A stretch of 64,000 nucleotides of DNA, from assembly GCA_039030655.1 (NCBI GenBank), contig JBCCDS010000029.1, forward strand, positions 4,672 to 68,671. Direction: 5' to 3'. Each line of letters opens with the position of its first letter. Within the stretch, counting starts at the first letter, position 1. This DNA comes from Bacteroidota bacterium (GTDB lineage Bacteria > Bacteroidota > Bacteroidia > Chitinophagales > Saprospiraceae). The notes beneath the pieces are model-generated. The model was not told where the DNA came from. It saw nothing but the letters and a program-made list of their open reading frames with translations, and searched no databases. The position numbers and the translations under genes are program-made. Below, piece after piece: positions 48,345-57,281 of the stretch.

Positions 48345-49085
48345 TTATAGGCGAGCTTTCATGCTTTCGTAGAGCATGATCCCGGCGGCTACCGAAACAT
48401 TAAAGCTGTTCATGGTGCCGACCTGCGGAAGTCTAAAACGCCAATTTGCAGCCCGCGCAACCCCAGTACTGATACCTTCTCCTTCCGCGCCTAGCACCAA
48501 ACAGAGCGGAGCCTGTAGATCTAGTTCGGCCAGGTCCTGTTCCGCCTGGAGATCGCTGGCAGCTACTTGGAGACCACATTCTTGTAAGTACTCGATGGTA
48601 TTGATGAGGCTCTTTTCCCGGCAGACGGGTAAGCGAGCCAGAGCGCCAGCCGAGCTTTTCACCGCATCGGGCGTCAAACCAGCGCTATTCTTTTGGCCAA
48701 TAATGATAGCTTGGGCACCACATATTTCCGCCGAGCGGGCAATGGCGCCCAGGTTGCGCACATCCGTCACCCCGTCTAATAACAACAATAAGGGGGTTTG
48801 GCCCTGCTCATAGATAAAGGGCAGGATATCTGTAATCTTCTGGTAGGGAGCCGCCGCCATTTGAGCGGCTACCCCCTGATGGTTGCCTTTAACCATCCGC
48901 TGGAGTTTCTCCTTAGGCACCATAGTCAGTGGGACTTCACGATCACGACATAGGTGGCGCAACTCTTTTTCGAGCTCTCCGCGGGTGCCTTGCAGAAGAT
49001 AGACCTTATCAACCGGTTGCCCGGACTGTAAGGCTTCAATAACCGGATGACGGCCGTAGATTAATTGCTGGCGACTGGACTTCAT
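48345..49085 (-). CDS. rlmB: 23S rRNA (guanosine-2'-O)-methyltransferase RlmB (SpoU/TrmH family)
   Basis: LIYGRHPVIEAL N-terminal L30e-like domain and SPOUT motifs (LLLLDGVTDVRNLGAIARSAE, LVLGAEGEGIS, NSFNVSVAAGIMLYE). The start is placed at the ATG at 49085, which overlaps the upstream stop as ATGA. The ORF track allows 49112. Confidence 0.85.
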   Translation of the reverse strand: MKSSRQQLIYGRHPVIEALQSGQPVDKVYLLQGTRGELEKELRHLCRDREVPLTMVPKEKLQRMVKGNHQGVAAQMAAAPYQKITDILPFIYEQGQTPLLLLLDGVTDVRNLGAIARSAEICGAQAIIIGQKNSAGLTPDAVKSSAGALARLPVCREKSLINTIEYLQECGLQVAASDLQAEQDLAELDLQAPLCLVLGAEGEGISTGVARAANWRFRLPQVGTMNSFNVSVAAGIMLYESMKARL

Positions 49086-50533
49086 TGGGGGCGACTTTCG
49101 GTGATCAGCCATTCACGCCCGACCAGGAGCTTAGTGGCTACAATTTTTTGATGGAGCGTCTCCAGCTTGCGCTTAAACACCTCTTTATCGTAATACTGCG
49201 ACTGAAAGCGCAGATTTACTAATTGCTTAGCGAAGCGGCTGTAGTTGATGTAAGAACGCTTGTCGTTAGTACTAATTTTTTTCTGTCGCAAGACATAAAG
49301 GCGGAAGGTCTCCAGTTGATTCAACAAATAGGTAGACTCCTGCTGTTCGTAAGCAATTCGCACCTGTAGCAGCACCCGAGCCAGGTGATATTTTACGTCC
49401 GAGTCGTTGACTACCCGCAACAAATCACCAGCTTCCTCATAACGGCCACGGCTATAGAGAAACTGTGCTTTATTCAGGGTATAGGCATTGTCCCGTCGTT
49501 TTTCGGGAAGTTTTTCATAATGAGACTCGATGAAGTCTTCGGTCCATTCATACTCTCCCAGCTTACTACCTAGCGTAACTACATTTTTGTAGGCCCACTC
49601 ATCTATTTGGTTCTTTTGGTAGATCAGGCCCGTAGTTATGCCCCGCTGAAACAGGTCAAACAACTCACGTGGAAAGCGCTGGTCACCTTGGCGGATCCGT
49701 AGGATACAGTAGTTGTTAGCAAAGAGGTATAAATCACGCTGCTCGGCGGGTGCCAGTTGATCCAGGCCTGAATTGAGAAATTCCAGCAGCTGTTCGTAGT
49801 GCTGGAGATTCTCACTATCCCGCATGGTCATCAGGATGTGGTAATAACAACGAATGGAAGGCTCATGCTCAAACAGCTCTTGCCCCTGCTCACTTTTCAT
49901 AAAGCTGAGTACCTGATCCAGCAGACTGAAATCGTAAGTGGTGTTCATCACCAACATATTGGCCGACATGTGGCAGGCGTGGCGCAGTTTTTCGAGGACG
50001 TAGTAGCGATCCAGGTCATAGAACATTCCCTGCACCGTTTTCTGGTCGCCTCGATCTTCGTGATAGGTGCGGTAGTAACCGTAAATGGAGTTACTTAGGT
50101 AGCTCGCTTCCAGTACTTTTTTATCCCGAAAGTCGCTTTCCTTTAACATTCGCCCCAGGCGTTTATAGCGACTCTTCAAGAGGTCGTAGCGACCGTTGGC
50201 TTCTGCTCGACGCAGGGTGAGCACTTCGGCCATCAGGGGTTCTTCCTTCAGCTGTTCGACACTTAGGAACTGTCCCAGCAATTTCATCAGGCCAGACATT
50301 AAATCTGCCAGCCGCTGTTCTTTGTAGGGCGTATTGCGACCGAAAAGCTTACGGAAGAGGCGCTTACGGTCGAGGGCAGTACCGCCTTGCTCGATTCCTT
50401 CCAGCAGCAGGTCAAGTAACTGCTGCGTAGTTTGATGCTGATTGAAATAAGGACTAGCCACAAACTGGCGAAAGCGTTCTTGCTCACGGCTGTGCATAGC
50501 CGCTAACTGACGTGCCAGTTTGCTTTCAGTCAT
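49082..50533 (-). CDS. All-helical protein of unknown function (TPR-like helical repeats possible)
   Basis: 483-aa ORF with no signal peptide or TM segment and no motif I recognise. Translationally coupled to rlmB (ATGA overlap) and 12 nt downstream of the 269-aa gene. Confidence 0.55.
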   Translation of the reverse strand: MTESKLARQLAAMHSREQERFRQFVASPYFNQHQTTQQLLDLLLEGIEQGGTALDRKRLFRKLFGRNTPYKEQRLADLMSGLMKLLGQFLSVEQLKEEPLMAEVLTLRRAEANGRYDLLKSRYKRLGRMLKESDFRDKKVLEASYLSNSIYGYYRTYHEDRGDQKTVQGMFYDLDRYYVLEKLRHACHMSANMLVMNTTYDFSLLDQVLSFMKSEQGQELFEHEPSIRCYYHILMTMRDSENLQHYEQLLEFLNSGLDQLAPAEQRDLYLFANNYCILRIRQGDQRFPRELFDLFQRGITTGLIYQKNQIDEWAYKNVVTLGSKLGEYEWTEDFIESHYEKLPEKRRDNAYTLNKAQFLYSRGRYEEAGDLLRVVNDSDVKYHLARVLLQVRIAYEQQESTYLLNQLETFRLYVLRQKKISTNDKRSYINYSRFAKQLVNLRFQSQYYDKEVFKRKLETLHQKIVATKLLVGREWLITESRPQ

Positions 50534-50545
50534 CCAGAAGTAGGG

Positions 50546-51355
50546 CTACTCTTCCTCGTCTTTCGATGCCTCCGTTTTGGCGGGTTCTTCTTCTTTAGCC
50601 GGCGGAGGTGAAGCTTCCGCTGGTGCCTCCTTGGCTTTGCGCATCTGAATCTTATTAAGCAGCAGGGCCGCTTTCATCAGGAAGTCATCGTGATGCTCGG
50701 TATATTCATTGAATACCATCATCAAACGAGCGGCATCATAGGCAGCCGTTTTCGGTAGAATTTGGCGAGCAGCGATGGGGTGTAACCAGTACTCAAGATT
50801 ATTAGAGCGCAGGTAAGAGCGATCGGCTTCGAAGCCAGTAACGACCGCTAGTTTATTGAGACTGAAGAGGTAGTCCGTCTCCCGGTTTAGGTCCTTCTGA
50901 ATATCGATAACGTTGATCCCGTGGAAGTTGACTCCAGAACGCTCGCAGAGGAAGATATCCCGTCGGCCATCAAAAACAATCAGGTCACGGAAACGGTACT
51001 TCCGGAAATTTTTCAGCAGGAAATTCTTAATCGCCGGTTTAGTCGGGCGCAGACTACGGAAGGCATAAGCAAGGTCTTGCTCGCTCAGGCGGAAGTTTTC
51101 ATCAAATTCACGCCGGCGGTTGGTCCGCATATTGATGACTTCCTTACCCCGGCCGATGGTATGCCCTAGATCATCGATATTGGCAAAAACATCGACAATA
51201 TCCACATTGGCACCATTGATCCAGCTTTCGAGGAAAATCTTATTCGTTCCTTGTTCAAATACAAGTAGGGCTATCTCGCTGATAGCATAGAAATTGGGAT
51301 AGCCTCCGTAGATGTTGCCATACTTCAGCTCTAGAAAGGCGATGTTGTTATTCAC
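50546..51355 (-). CDS. Protein of unknown function with an acidic Lys/Glu/Pro-rich tail; weak DEDD-exonuclease-like layout
   Basis: 269-aa ORF. Segments AFLELKYG...AISEIAL, LIVFDGRRDIFL and AAYDAARLMMVF are spaced like Exo I/II/III motifs, but the canonical acidic residues are not all present. Confidence 0.5.
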   Translation of the reverse strand: MNNNIAFLELKYGNIYGGYPNFYAISEIALLVFEQGTNKIFLESWINGANVDIVDVFANIDDLGHTIGRGKEVINMRTNRRREFDENFRLSEQDLAYAFRSLRPTKPAIKNFLLKNFRKYRFRDLIVFDGRRDIFLCERSGVNFHGINVIDIQKDLNRETDYLFSLNKLAVVTGFEADRSYLRSNNLEYWLHPIAARQILPKTAAYDAARLMMVFNEYTEHHDDFLMKAALLLNKIQMRKAKEAPAEASPPPAKEEEPAKTEASKDEEE

Positions 51356-51495
51356 GGTTTGAGGTCAATTTGGTAGTTCGTTCTCTTAGTTTCTTCACGC
51401 CGGACGGTATTTTGCCGATACGCTTTGTTATCTGTTTGCTGTTCAAAACCTACAAGCAGAATAACAAATATACCGAGATTTAACCGGTAAATCGG

Positions 51496-52608
51496 CTAAG
51501 CGTTCAATATCTCTTGGACAAACTGTCCTTTTCGGTAGATTATTTTACCATCTGCGTAGATCTCGCCAGCTCTGGTCATGTCAGCTATCATATCCCAGTG
51601 GACGCTAGATTGGTTGCGCCCACCAGCCTGCTGGTAGCTCTGACCGATAGCCATGTGGATCGTTCCTCCGATCTTTTCATCGAAGAGGATATTCTTGGAA
51701 AAGCGGTCGATCTCATAATTGGTGCCAATCGCGGCCTCGCCGAAATGCCGGGTCCCTTCAATTTCGAAGGTACGATCTAACACTTCCTGACCGGATTCAG
51801 CAGTCCAGCGTTTAATTTCTCCATCTTCGACCCAGAGACTTACCCCACGGACCTCCTGGCCATCGCGGATAGCTGGATAGTCAAAATAAACTGTACCGTT
51901 GACGCTGTCTTCCTCGGGGCTGGTATAGACCTCTCCACTAGGCATGTTGGTGCGGCCATCGCTGTTGATCCAGTGGCGGCCTTTGGTCGTAAAACTGATG
52001 TCAGTTCGCTCATTTTTGTAGCGAAACAAGCTACAGTTATTCAAATAGTCGACGATATGCTGTTGCTTGCGGCCTACTTCTTGCCAAGCGGCAATCGGGT
52101 CTGGACTATTTAAGCGACAGCCTTGATAGACAAACGCACTGTATTCTGCCAGCGACATGCCGGCCGTTTCCGCCAAGCTAGGGCAGGGAAAAAGGCAGAG
52201 GCTGCGTTTGAGGCTTCCCTCAGCAGTACGCCGAGAATAGGTCTGCCAGAGATCCTCCATGGCTTGTTGCCGCAATTTCGCTCTTTCGGGGTACTTTCCC
52301 CCGCGCCCCAAATCAAAGGGAGCTTTGATGGCTAGATAGGCCTCGAAAGTTTCCATAGCCTGGCGGTAGGCTATGGGTAAATAGCTGATTTGGTCATCAT
52401 TTGCTAATTCAAGGAATGAATCCGCCTGTCCATCCATATTCATCTGGATTTCGCAGTGACCGCCCGCTTTAAGGCAGGCGCGATAGATCTCGCGAATCAA
52501 TGGCTCGGCCAGCGTGGTTGATTGTACAAAGAGCCGTTCGCCCGGCTGAATACTCAGGCAGTAATTGACCAGTAAATGGGCGTAACGAGAGAGTTGTTCT
52601 TGAGTCAA
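51496..52608 (-). CDS. M29 family aminopeptidase (AmpS/PepS-like)
   Basis: 370 aa. LLVNYCLSIQPGERLFVQSTTLAEPLIREIYRACLKAGG at the N-terminus and the GEVYTSPEE and HFGEAAIGTN blocks are typical of thermophilic-metalloprotease M29 enzymes. Confidence 0.8.
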   Translation of the reverse strand: MTQEQLSRYAHLLVNYCLSIQPGERLFVQSTTLAEPLIREIYRACLKAGGHCEIQMNMDGQADSFLELANDDQISYLPIAYRQAMETFEAYLAIKAPFDLGRGGKYPERAKLRQQAMEDLWQTYSRRTAEGSLKRSLCLFPCPSLAETAGMSLAEYSAFVYQGCRLNSPDPIAAWQEVGRKQQHIVDYLNNCSLFRYKNERTDISFTTKGRHWINSDGRTNMPSGEVYTSPEEDSVNGTVYFDYPAIRDGQEVRGVSLWVEDGEIKRWTAESGQEVLDRTFEIEGTRHFGEAAIGTNYEIDRFSKNILFDEKIGGTIHMAIGQSYQQAGGRNQSSVHWDMIADMTRAGEIYADGKIIYRKGQFVQEILNA

Positions 52609-52647
52609 GTAATATCCTTTACAAGCTGACGATTAGCAAGCCATTAT

Positions 52648-53859
52648 TTACCATTGTTTAGACAGGTAGGGGTAGCGTTGTTGGTAAGCGGCCTGTACCA
52701 GCTCGGTGAGTCGGGTGCGTAACAAATCGATGTTTTCGCGGGTGTGTGCAGAGATAAAGATAGCTTCTTGGCCGAATTGATGTTGCATACTACCACGTAA
52801 AGCACTTTCTACCTCCTCGCGACCTTCCTCATCTAGTAACTCATCGTAGTTCTTTTCGCGGAACAAATCGATCTTATTACAAACCAGCAGCGTTGGCTTA
52901 TCGTCCGCTTTGAGTTCGGCCAGCAATTGTTGTACCGTACGGATGTGGTCTTCGTGTTGCGGGTGGGCAATATCTACTACGTGCAGTAAAATGTCGCTCT
53001 CTCGTACTTCATCCAAAGTAGAGCGAAAGCTCTCGATTAGGTGAGTGGGTAGCTTGCGAATAAACCCAACGGTATCACTCAACAAGAAGGGCGTACGATC
53101 GAAGGCCAGTTTGCGCACAGTCGTGTCGAGGGTAGCAAAGAGCTTATTCTCGGCAAAAACATCACTCTTAGTGAGCAAATTCATCAGTGTACTCTTCCCT
53201 ACATTGGTGTAACCCACCAGTGCTACGCGAATAAGTTGTCCACGGGTCTTACGGCGGGTCTCGGCTTGGCGGCCGATTTTATCCAGGTCTTTTTTGAGCT
53301 TGGCGATCTTGTCTCGGACAATACGACGGTCCGTCTCGATCTCCGTTTCACCCGGTCCACGCATCCCGATCCCCCCTCGCTGACGCTCCAAGTGCGTCCA
53401 CAGACCTCGAAGGCGCGGCAGTAGATACTGCATCTGAGCGAGTTCTACCTGCTTTTTGGCTTGTGAGGTTTGTGCCCGTCGCGCGAAAATATCCAGGATC
53501 AAGGTGGTCCGGTCTATAATCTTAACCTTCAACTGCTCTTCCAGGATATTCGTTTGCTTGCCACTCAGATCGTCATCGAAGATAACCATAGTGATGTCTT
53601 CGTGTCGTTCGATGTAGTCCCCAATTTCTTCCACTTTCCCTTTACCGACGAAGGTGCGATTGTCAGGATGCGCCAGTTTTTGCAGGAAGCGCTTTTGGGT
53701 GACCGCCCCGGCGGTGAGCGCCAGAAACTCTAATTCGTCTAGGTGCTCCTGCACCAATTCTTCGGACTGCTGCCCGAGAATAGCGCCCACGATGATGGCG
53801 TATTCGGTTGCCTGTTTTTGCCCCGTTTTCTGTTTACCTACGGTCCACTCTGATGCCAT
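52648..53859 (-). CDS. hflX: GTPase HflX
   Basis: 403 aa with an HflX N-domain, G1 motif LVGYTNVGKSTL, DTVGFIRKLPTHLIESFRSTLDE, and NKID. Confidence 0.92.
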   Translation of the reverse strand: MASEWTVGKQKTGQKQATEYAIIVGAILGQQSEELVQEHLDELEFLALTAGAVTQKRFLQKLAHPDNRTFVGKGKVEEIGDYIERHEDITMVIFDDDLSGKQTNILEEQLKVKIIDRTTLILDIFARRAQTSQAKKQVELAQMQYLLPRLRGLWTHLERQRGGIGMRGPGETEIETDRRIVRDKIAKLKKDLDKIGRQAETRRKTRGQLIRVALVGYTNVGKSTLMNLLTKSDVFAENKLFATLDTTVRKLAFDRTPFLLSDTVGFIRKLPTHLIESFRSTLDEVRESDILLHVVDIAHPQHEDHIRTVQQLLAELKADDKPTLLVCNKIDLFREKNYDELLDEEGREEVESALRGSMQHQFGQEAIFISAHTRENIDLLRTRLTELVQAAYQQRYPYLSKQW

Positions 53860-53960
53860 GCGTACTTTTTAAATCAAGATCATCCCGCTAGGGGTACTAA
53901 AAGACTCATAAGCGACCGATAGTACCAAGAATAACTAAAACAGTCTAGCGTCTTTTGTTT

Positions 53961-54146
53961 GTACTTCCGCCCGGTACGGGCCCGTCTGGGCAGGTGTATT
54001 GGGGAACCGAGACCATCCTAGCAGCGCCAGGTATTGCGAGAAACGAGAGTCGAGATGGATGAAATGCACAGGTCTCGACTCTCGACTCTAGGAACCCTGA
54101 TTTAGTCGGGATGGTCTTGATTCTGCTTTTACACCTGCGGAAGTAC
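53961..54146. repeat. 186-bp MITE-like structured element bounded by inverted copies of the 18-mer GTACTTCCGCAGGTGTAA
   Basis: The right end TTACACCTGCGGAAGTAC (54129-54146) is intact. The left end is GTACTTCCGC (53961-53970) plus AGGTGTA (53992-53998), split by a 21-nt insert. Nested perfect stems are GAGAGTCGAGA / TCTCGACTCTC (54045-54055 / 54073-54083) and AGACCATCC / GGATGGTCT (54010-54018 / 54109-54117). Confidence 0.6.
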
Positions 54147-54757
54147 CAATTACAAACCCTAAAAACACCAATAAGTTCCCGCCGGAACAGAATCAATCCC
54201 TAAACCTATTTACCGCTCCTGACCATATTGCCTCCGCACCCTAAAAGGGTTTTTATTTTCCGGGCAGGACTAGACCATTACGCGACTTAGTCCGTTTACT
54301 TTGCAACTCCTCATAAGGAGAGAAGCACCTGAGACGAATTTTCGAGGTTGAATGAACGTAGTAGCTCAGTAGAACTTTTTGATACTTTAATAGAAGTAGT
54401 AATAGTCCTGGAGCGAATTTCCCCAGCATTTTCCACGCCCCCAGTTTAGTGGGCATTCCCATGAAAGTAATGAGTGTTTGACCCTCCCCTTGCGATCCCC
54501 TCGCAAGTGGAACAATAGTGCCTATGAGCAGTCAGTAGCTCGCCTATTCAAGCTAGGCGTCACTTGACCTCAGCAGCAGTATTGGGGCTAGCTCTATGCA
54601 CATTTCCTAAGGCTTTATCAAGGGTAGCTACACCCTTTGACTGGCACTGTAATAGCGCAGTGACTTACTGATATCCTATTGCCAATCACCAAGCAACCAA
54701 CCGAGCGACTGCACATGGTCGCGAGATAATAAACCAACTCAAAGACACGTAATTCAA

Positions 54758-57265
54758 ATGTTTCGTACATCCCAACTACTACTAAGCGGATTAATTCTCT
54801 TGCTGCAAATTCCCTCACTTTTAGCCCAGCAATCACTCCGGGCTATACAACAACAACCAACAGCCGTCAACCAGGCTATGATCGATGAAACGGAAGCGGA
54901 AAGTCCTCTCTTCTCCGTTTTGCCAGCAGCAGCACGCTCCAGTCAGCTGGCCAGTGAATTATCCGATTACCAGCTCTTGCAGATTAACACAGAGGCCCAA
55001 TCCGAATTGATCGCTGCCGCTCCCCAAGAACTGCGCTTAGCATTGCCTGCGGGCCCCAATGGGGAAGTCCTGGACTTGCAGCTCGAGCGGGTTCACTTTC
55101 TTGCCGAAGGCTTTCAGATACGGGAAGCCATTTCTGGTCAGTTACTGGATGCCAGTGTAGTCGGCCACCATTATCGTGGGCAGCTAGCCAATGATCCCAA
55201 TAGCGCTGTAGCCTTGAGTATCAGCGAAGCTGGAGGTATTCAGGGAGTAATCGCTCAGGCCGATGGCGGCAATTTGGTCCTTGGGCAAGTAGATGACCCC
55301 ACTTTGGGACCGGAGACCTACGTCCTCTACCCCGACGAACAACTAGCCGACCAAAACAGCTTCAGTTGCCAAACCCCCGACACCGAAGTAGAATACGATC
55401 CAGAAATGCTGCGAATCAACCCCGACCAAGTTGCGGGGCGATCTGATAATTGTGTACGCTTCTTTCTGGAAGTAGACCACGACATCTATCAGGACAAAAA
55501 CGGTACCGCCGGTGCGGCAGCTTACATCAGTGCAGCATTCAACGAAGTAGCCGCTCTCTACGCCACAATCGGGGTCGGTATTACCATCAGCGAGATCTTG
55601 GTCTGGGAACAGCCCAGTCCCTACCAGAGTAGCAGCTCTAGTGGTATGCTGTCTGCCTTTCAGGCTACGCGCACCAACTTCAACGGAGATTTAGCCCAGC
55701 TGGTCTCTTATAAAGCCAGTGGCGGCATTGCTATCGTAAATGGACTTTGCCACCCTTACGCTGGCGCAAAGCTGAGTTTTTCCAGCATCCGCAGCAGTTT
55801 TGCTGCGACGCCTACCTACAGCTGGACCGTAATGGTTATGGCCCATGAAATGGGGCACCAACTCGGTAGTCAACACACCCACGCCTGTGTCTGGAATGGA
55901 AACGGCAGCGCAATTGATGGCTGCCCCAGTTTTACCGAAGGCAACTGCCCCGTCCCCGGTATCCCAGCGGGTGGAGGCAATATCATGTCTTATTGCCACC
56001 TGACGCAAGCGGGGATCAACTTCAATGTTGGTTTTGGTCAGCAGCCAGCCGCCGTGATTTACAATACGGTTGCTGCAGCCAGCTGTGTCGGAACGGGCTG
56101 CGGTGGTGGCAATCCACCCGTCGGTGGCGGTGGTGGCAACCCGCCCGTTGATCCTCCAGTAGAGGAATGTGAGGACAACATCGTATACCTACGATTGGCT
56201 CCCGACAACTACGGCCCTGAAACAACCTGGCGCATCATCGATGGTACTGACGCCACCGTGGCCAGTGGCGGTCCCTATGGTAAAATGCTAGCTGGTACCC
56301 TTATCCTAGATACCCTCTGCCTGCCCAATGGCTGTTATAATTTTGAAATGCTGGATAGCTACGGCGACGGGATTTGCTGTGAGTATGGAGACGGAAGTTT
56401 CCGAATCACCGATGAAGATGGTCAGGTACTCGTAGATAACGATGAATTTGAGGAGGAGATCAGCGTCAACTTTTGCTTACCCTACACTGAGGAGCCAGGG
56501 GGAGACGATTGCGTCAACGTCAGCTTTGTTGACTATCCACCGATTAGCTACGGGATGAATCAGGACCAAGGGCAGATTACCGTTCAACAAAACGGCAATC
56601 AAATCTATCTGCGCAATAATGCCTGGAAGGCCATTGAGTTCCCTTACCTGCTGACGCCAGAAACGGTGATCGAATTTGATTTCCGGTCTACGATCGAAGG
56701 GGAAGTTCACGGAATTGGCTTCGACGATAATCTTTCCATTTCCTCACAGTTTACCTTCCGTTTGCACGGTACCCAGAGCTGGGGTAACGGCATTTATAAT
56801 ACCTACAACGGTAGCGGACAGTGGCAACACTTCGTGATTCCCGTCGGTGAATACCTACTGGGTGAAGCCTCTCATATGTTCTTTGTAGCCGACCATGATA
56901 ACGGCCTACGCAACGGTAACAGTTATTTTCGTAATATTAGGGTCTACGAAGGCCAGTCCTGTGACGCTGGCAGCAACCTGAATGGTCAGGCCAGCGCTGA
57001 AACAGTGGCACCTTCCGAAGCACTAGGCCTCTGGCCCAATCCTAATCTTGGACGTTTCAACGTAAGTCGACCTTTAAGCAGTCAGGACCTAGGCGGTGAG
57101 TACGAAATTGTATCTGCCACCGGTCAGCTAATGCGTAGTGGTCAACTGGAGGCTGGTACAACCAACTGGCAGCTTAATGTGCAGGACTTAACACCCGGCA
57201 CTTACTGGTTGCGCTACCGTGACGCCCAGGGCGAACATAGCGAGCGCTTTAACTTGCAGCAATAA
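54758..57265 (+). CDS. Secreted reprolysin-like (M12B-type) zinc metalloprotease with Cys-rich and beta-sandwich-like domains and a T9SS type-A sorting domain
   Basis: 835 aa with a signal peptide, HEMGHQLGSQH (HExxHxxGxxH), a Gly/Pro linker GGGNPPVGGGGGNPPVDPP, a Cys-rich module ...CYNFEMLDSYGDGICCEYGDGSF..., and a C-terminal LWPNPNLGRFNV...YWLRY tail. Confidence 0.8.
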   Translation: MFRTSQLLLSGLILLLQIPSLLAQQSLRAIQQQPTAVNQAMIDETEAESPLFSVLPAAARSSQLASELSDYQLLQINTEAQSELIAAAPQELRLALPAGPNGEVLDLQLERVHFLAEGFQIREAISGQLLDASVVGHHYRGQLANDPNSAVALSISEAGGIQGVIAQADGGNLVLGQVDDPTLGPETYVLYPDEQLADQNSFSCQTPDTEVEYDPEMLRINPDQVAGRSDNCVRFFLEVDHDIYQDKNGTAGAAAYISAAFNEVAALYATIGVGITISEILVWEQPSPYQSSSSSGMLSAFQATRTNFNGDLAQLVSYKASGGIAIVNGLCHPYAGAKLSFSSIRSSFAATPTYSWTVMVMAHEMGHQLGSQHTHACVWNGNGSAIDGCPSFTEGNCPVPGIPAGGGNIMSYCHLTQAGINFNVGFGQQPAAVIYNTVAAASCVGTGCGGGNPPVGGGGGNPPVDPPVEECEDNIVYLRLAPDNYGPETTWRIIDGTDATVASGGPYGKMLAGTLILDTLCLPNGCYNFEMLDSYGDGICCEYGDGSFRITDEDGQVLVDNDEFEEEISVNFCLPYTEEPGGDDCVNVSFVDYPPISYGMNQDQGQITVQQNGNQIYLRNNAWKAIEFPYLLTPETVIEFDFRSTIEGEVHGIGFDDNLSISSQFTFRLHGTQSWGNGIYNTYNGSGQWQHFVIPVGEYLLGEASHMFFVADHDNGLRNGNSYFRNIRVYEGQSCDAGSNLNGQASAETVAPSEALGLWPNPNLGRFNVSRPLSSQDLGGEYEIVSATGQLMRSGQLEAGTTNWQLNVQDLTPGTYWLRYRDAQGEHSERFNLQQ

Positions 57266-57281
57266 TATCACCTGAAGCCAC

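Noticed and set aside
54355-54385. tRNA-like fragment GTAGTAGCTCAGTAGAAC.
   Set aside because: Only a D-arm-like word is present. No acceptor, anticodon or T arm can be drawn around it.
53945-54836. Minus-strand ORFs 53945-54196, 54253-54462 and 54618-54836 in the 900-bp gap.
   Set aside because: They are short with odd composition. The first is made largely of the hairpin element, and the last overlaps the metalloprotease start. There is no supporting motif.
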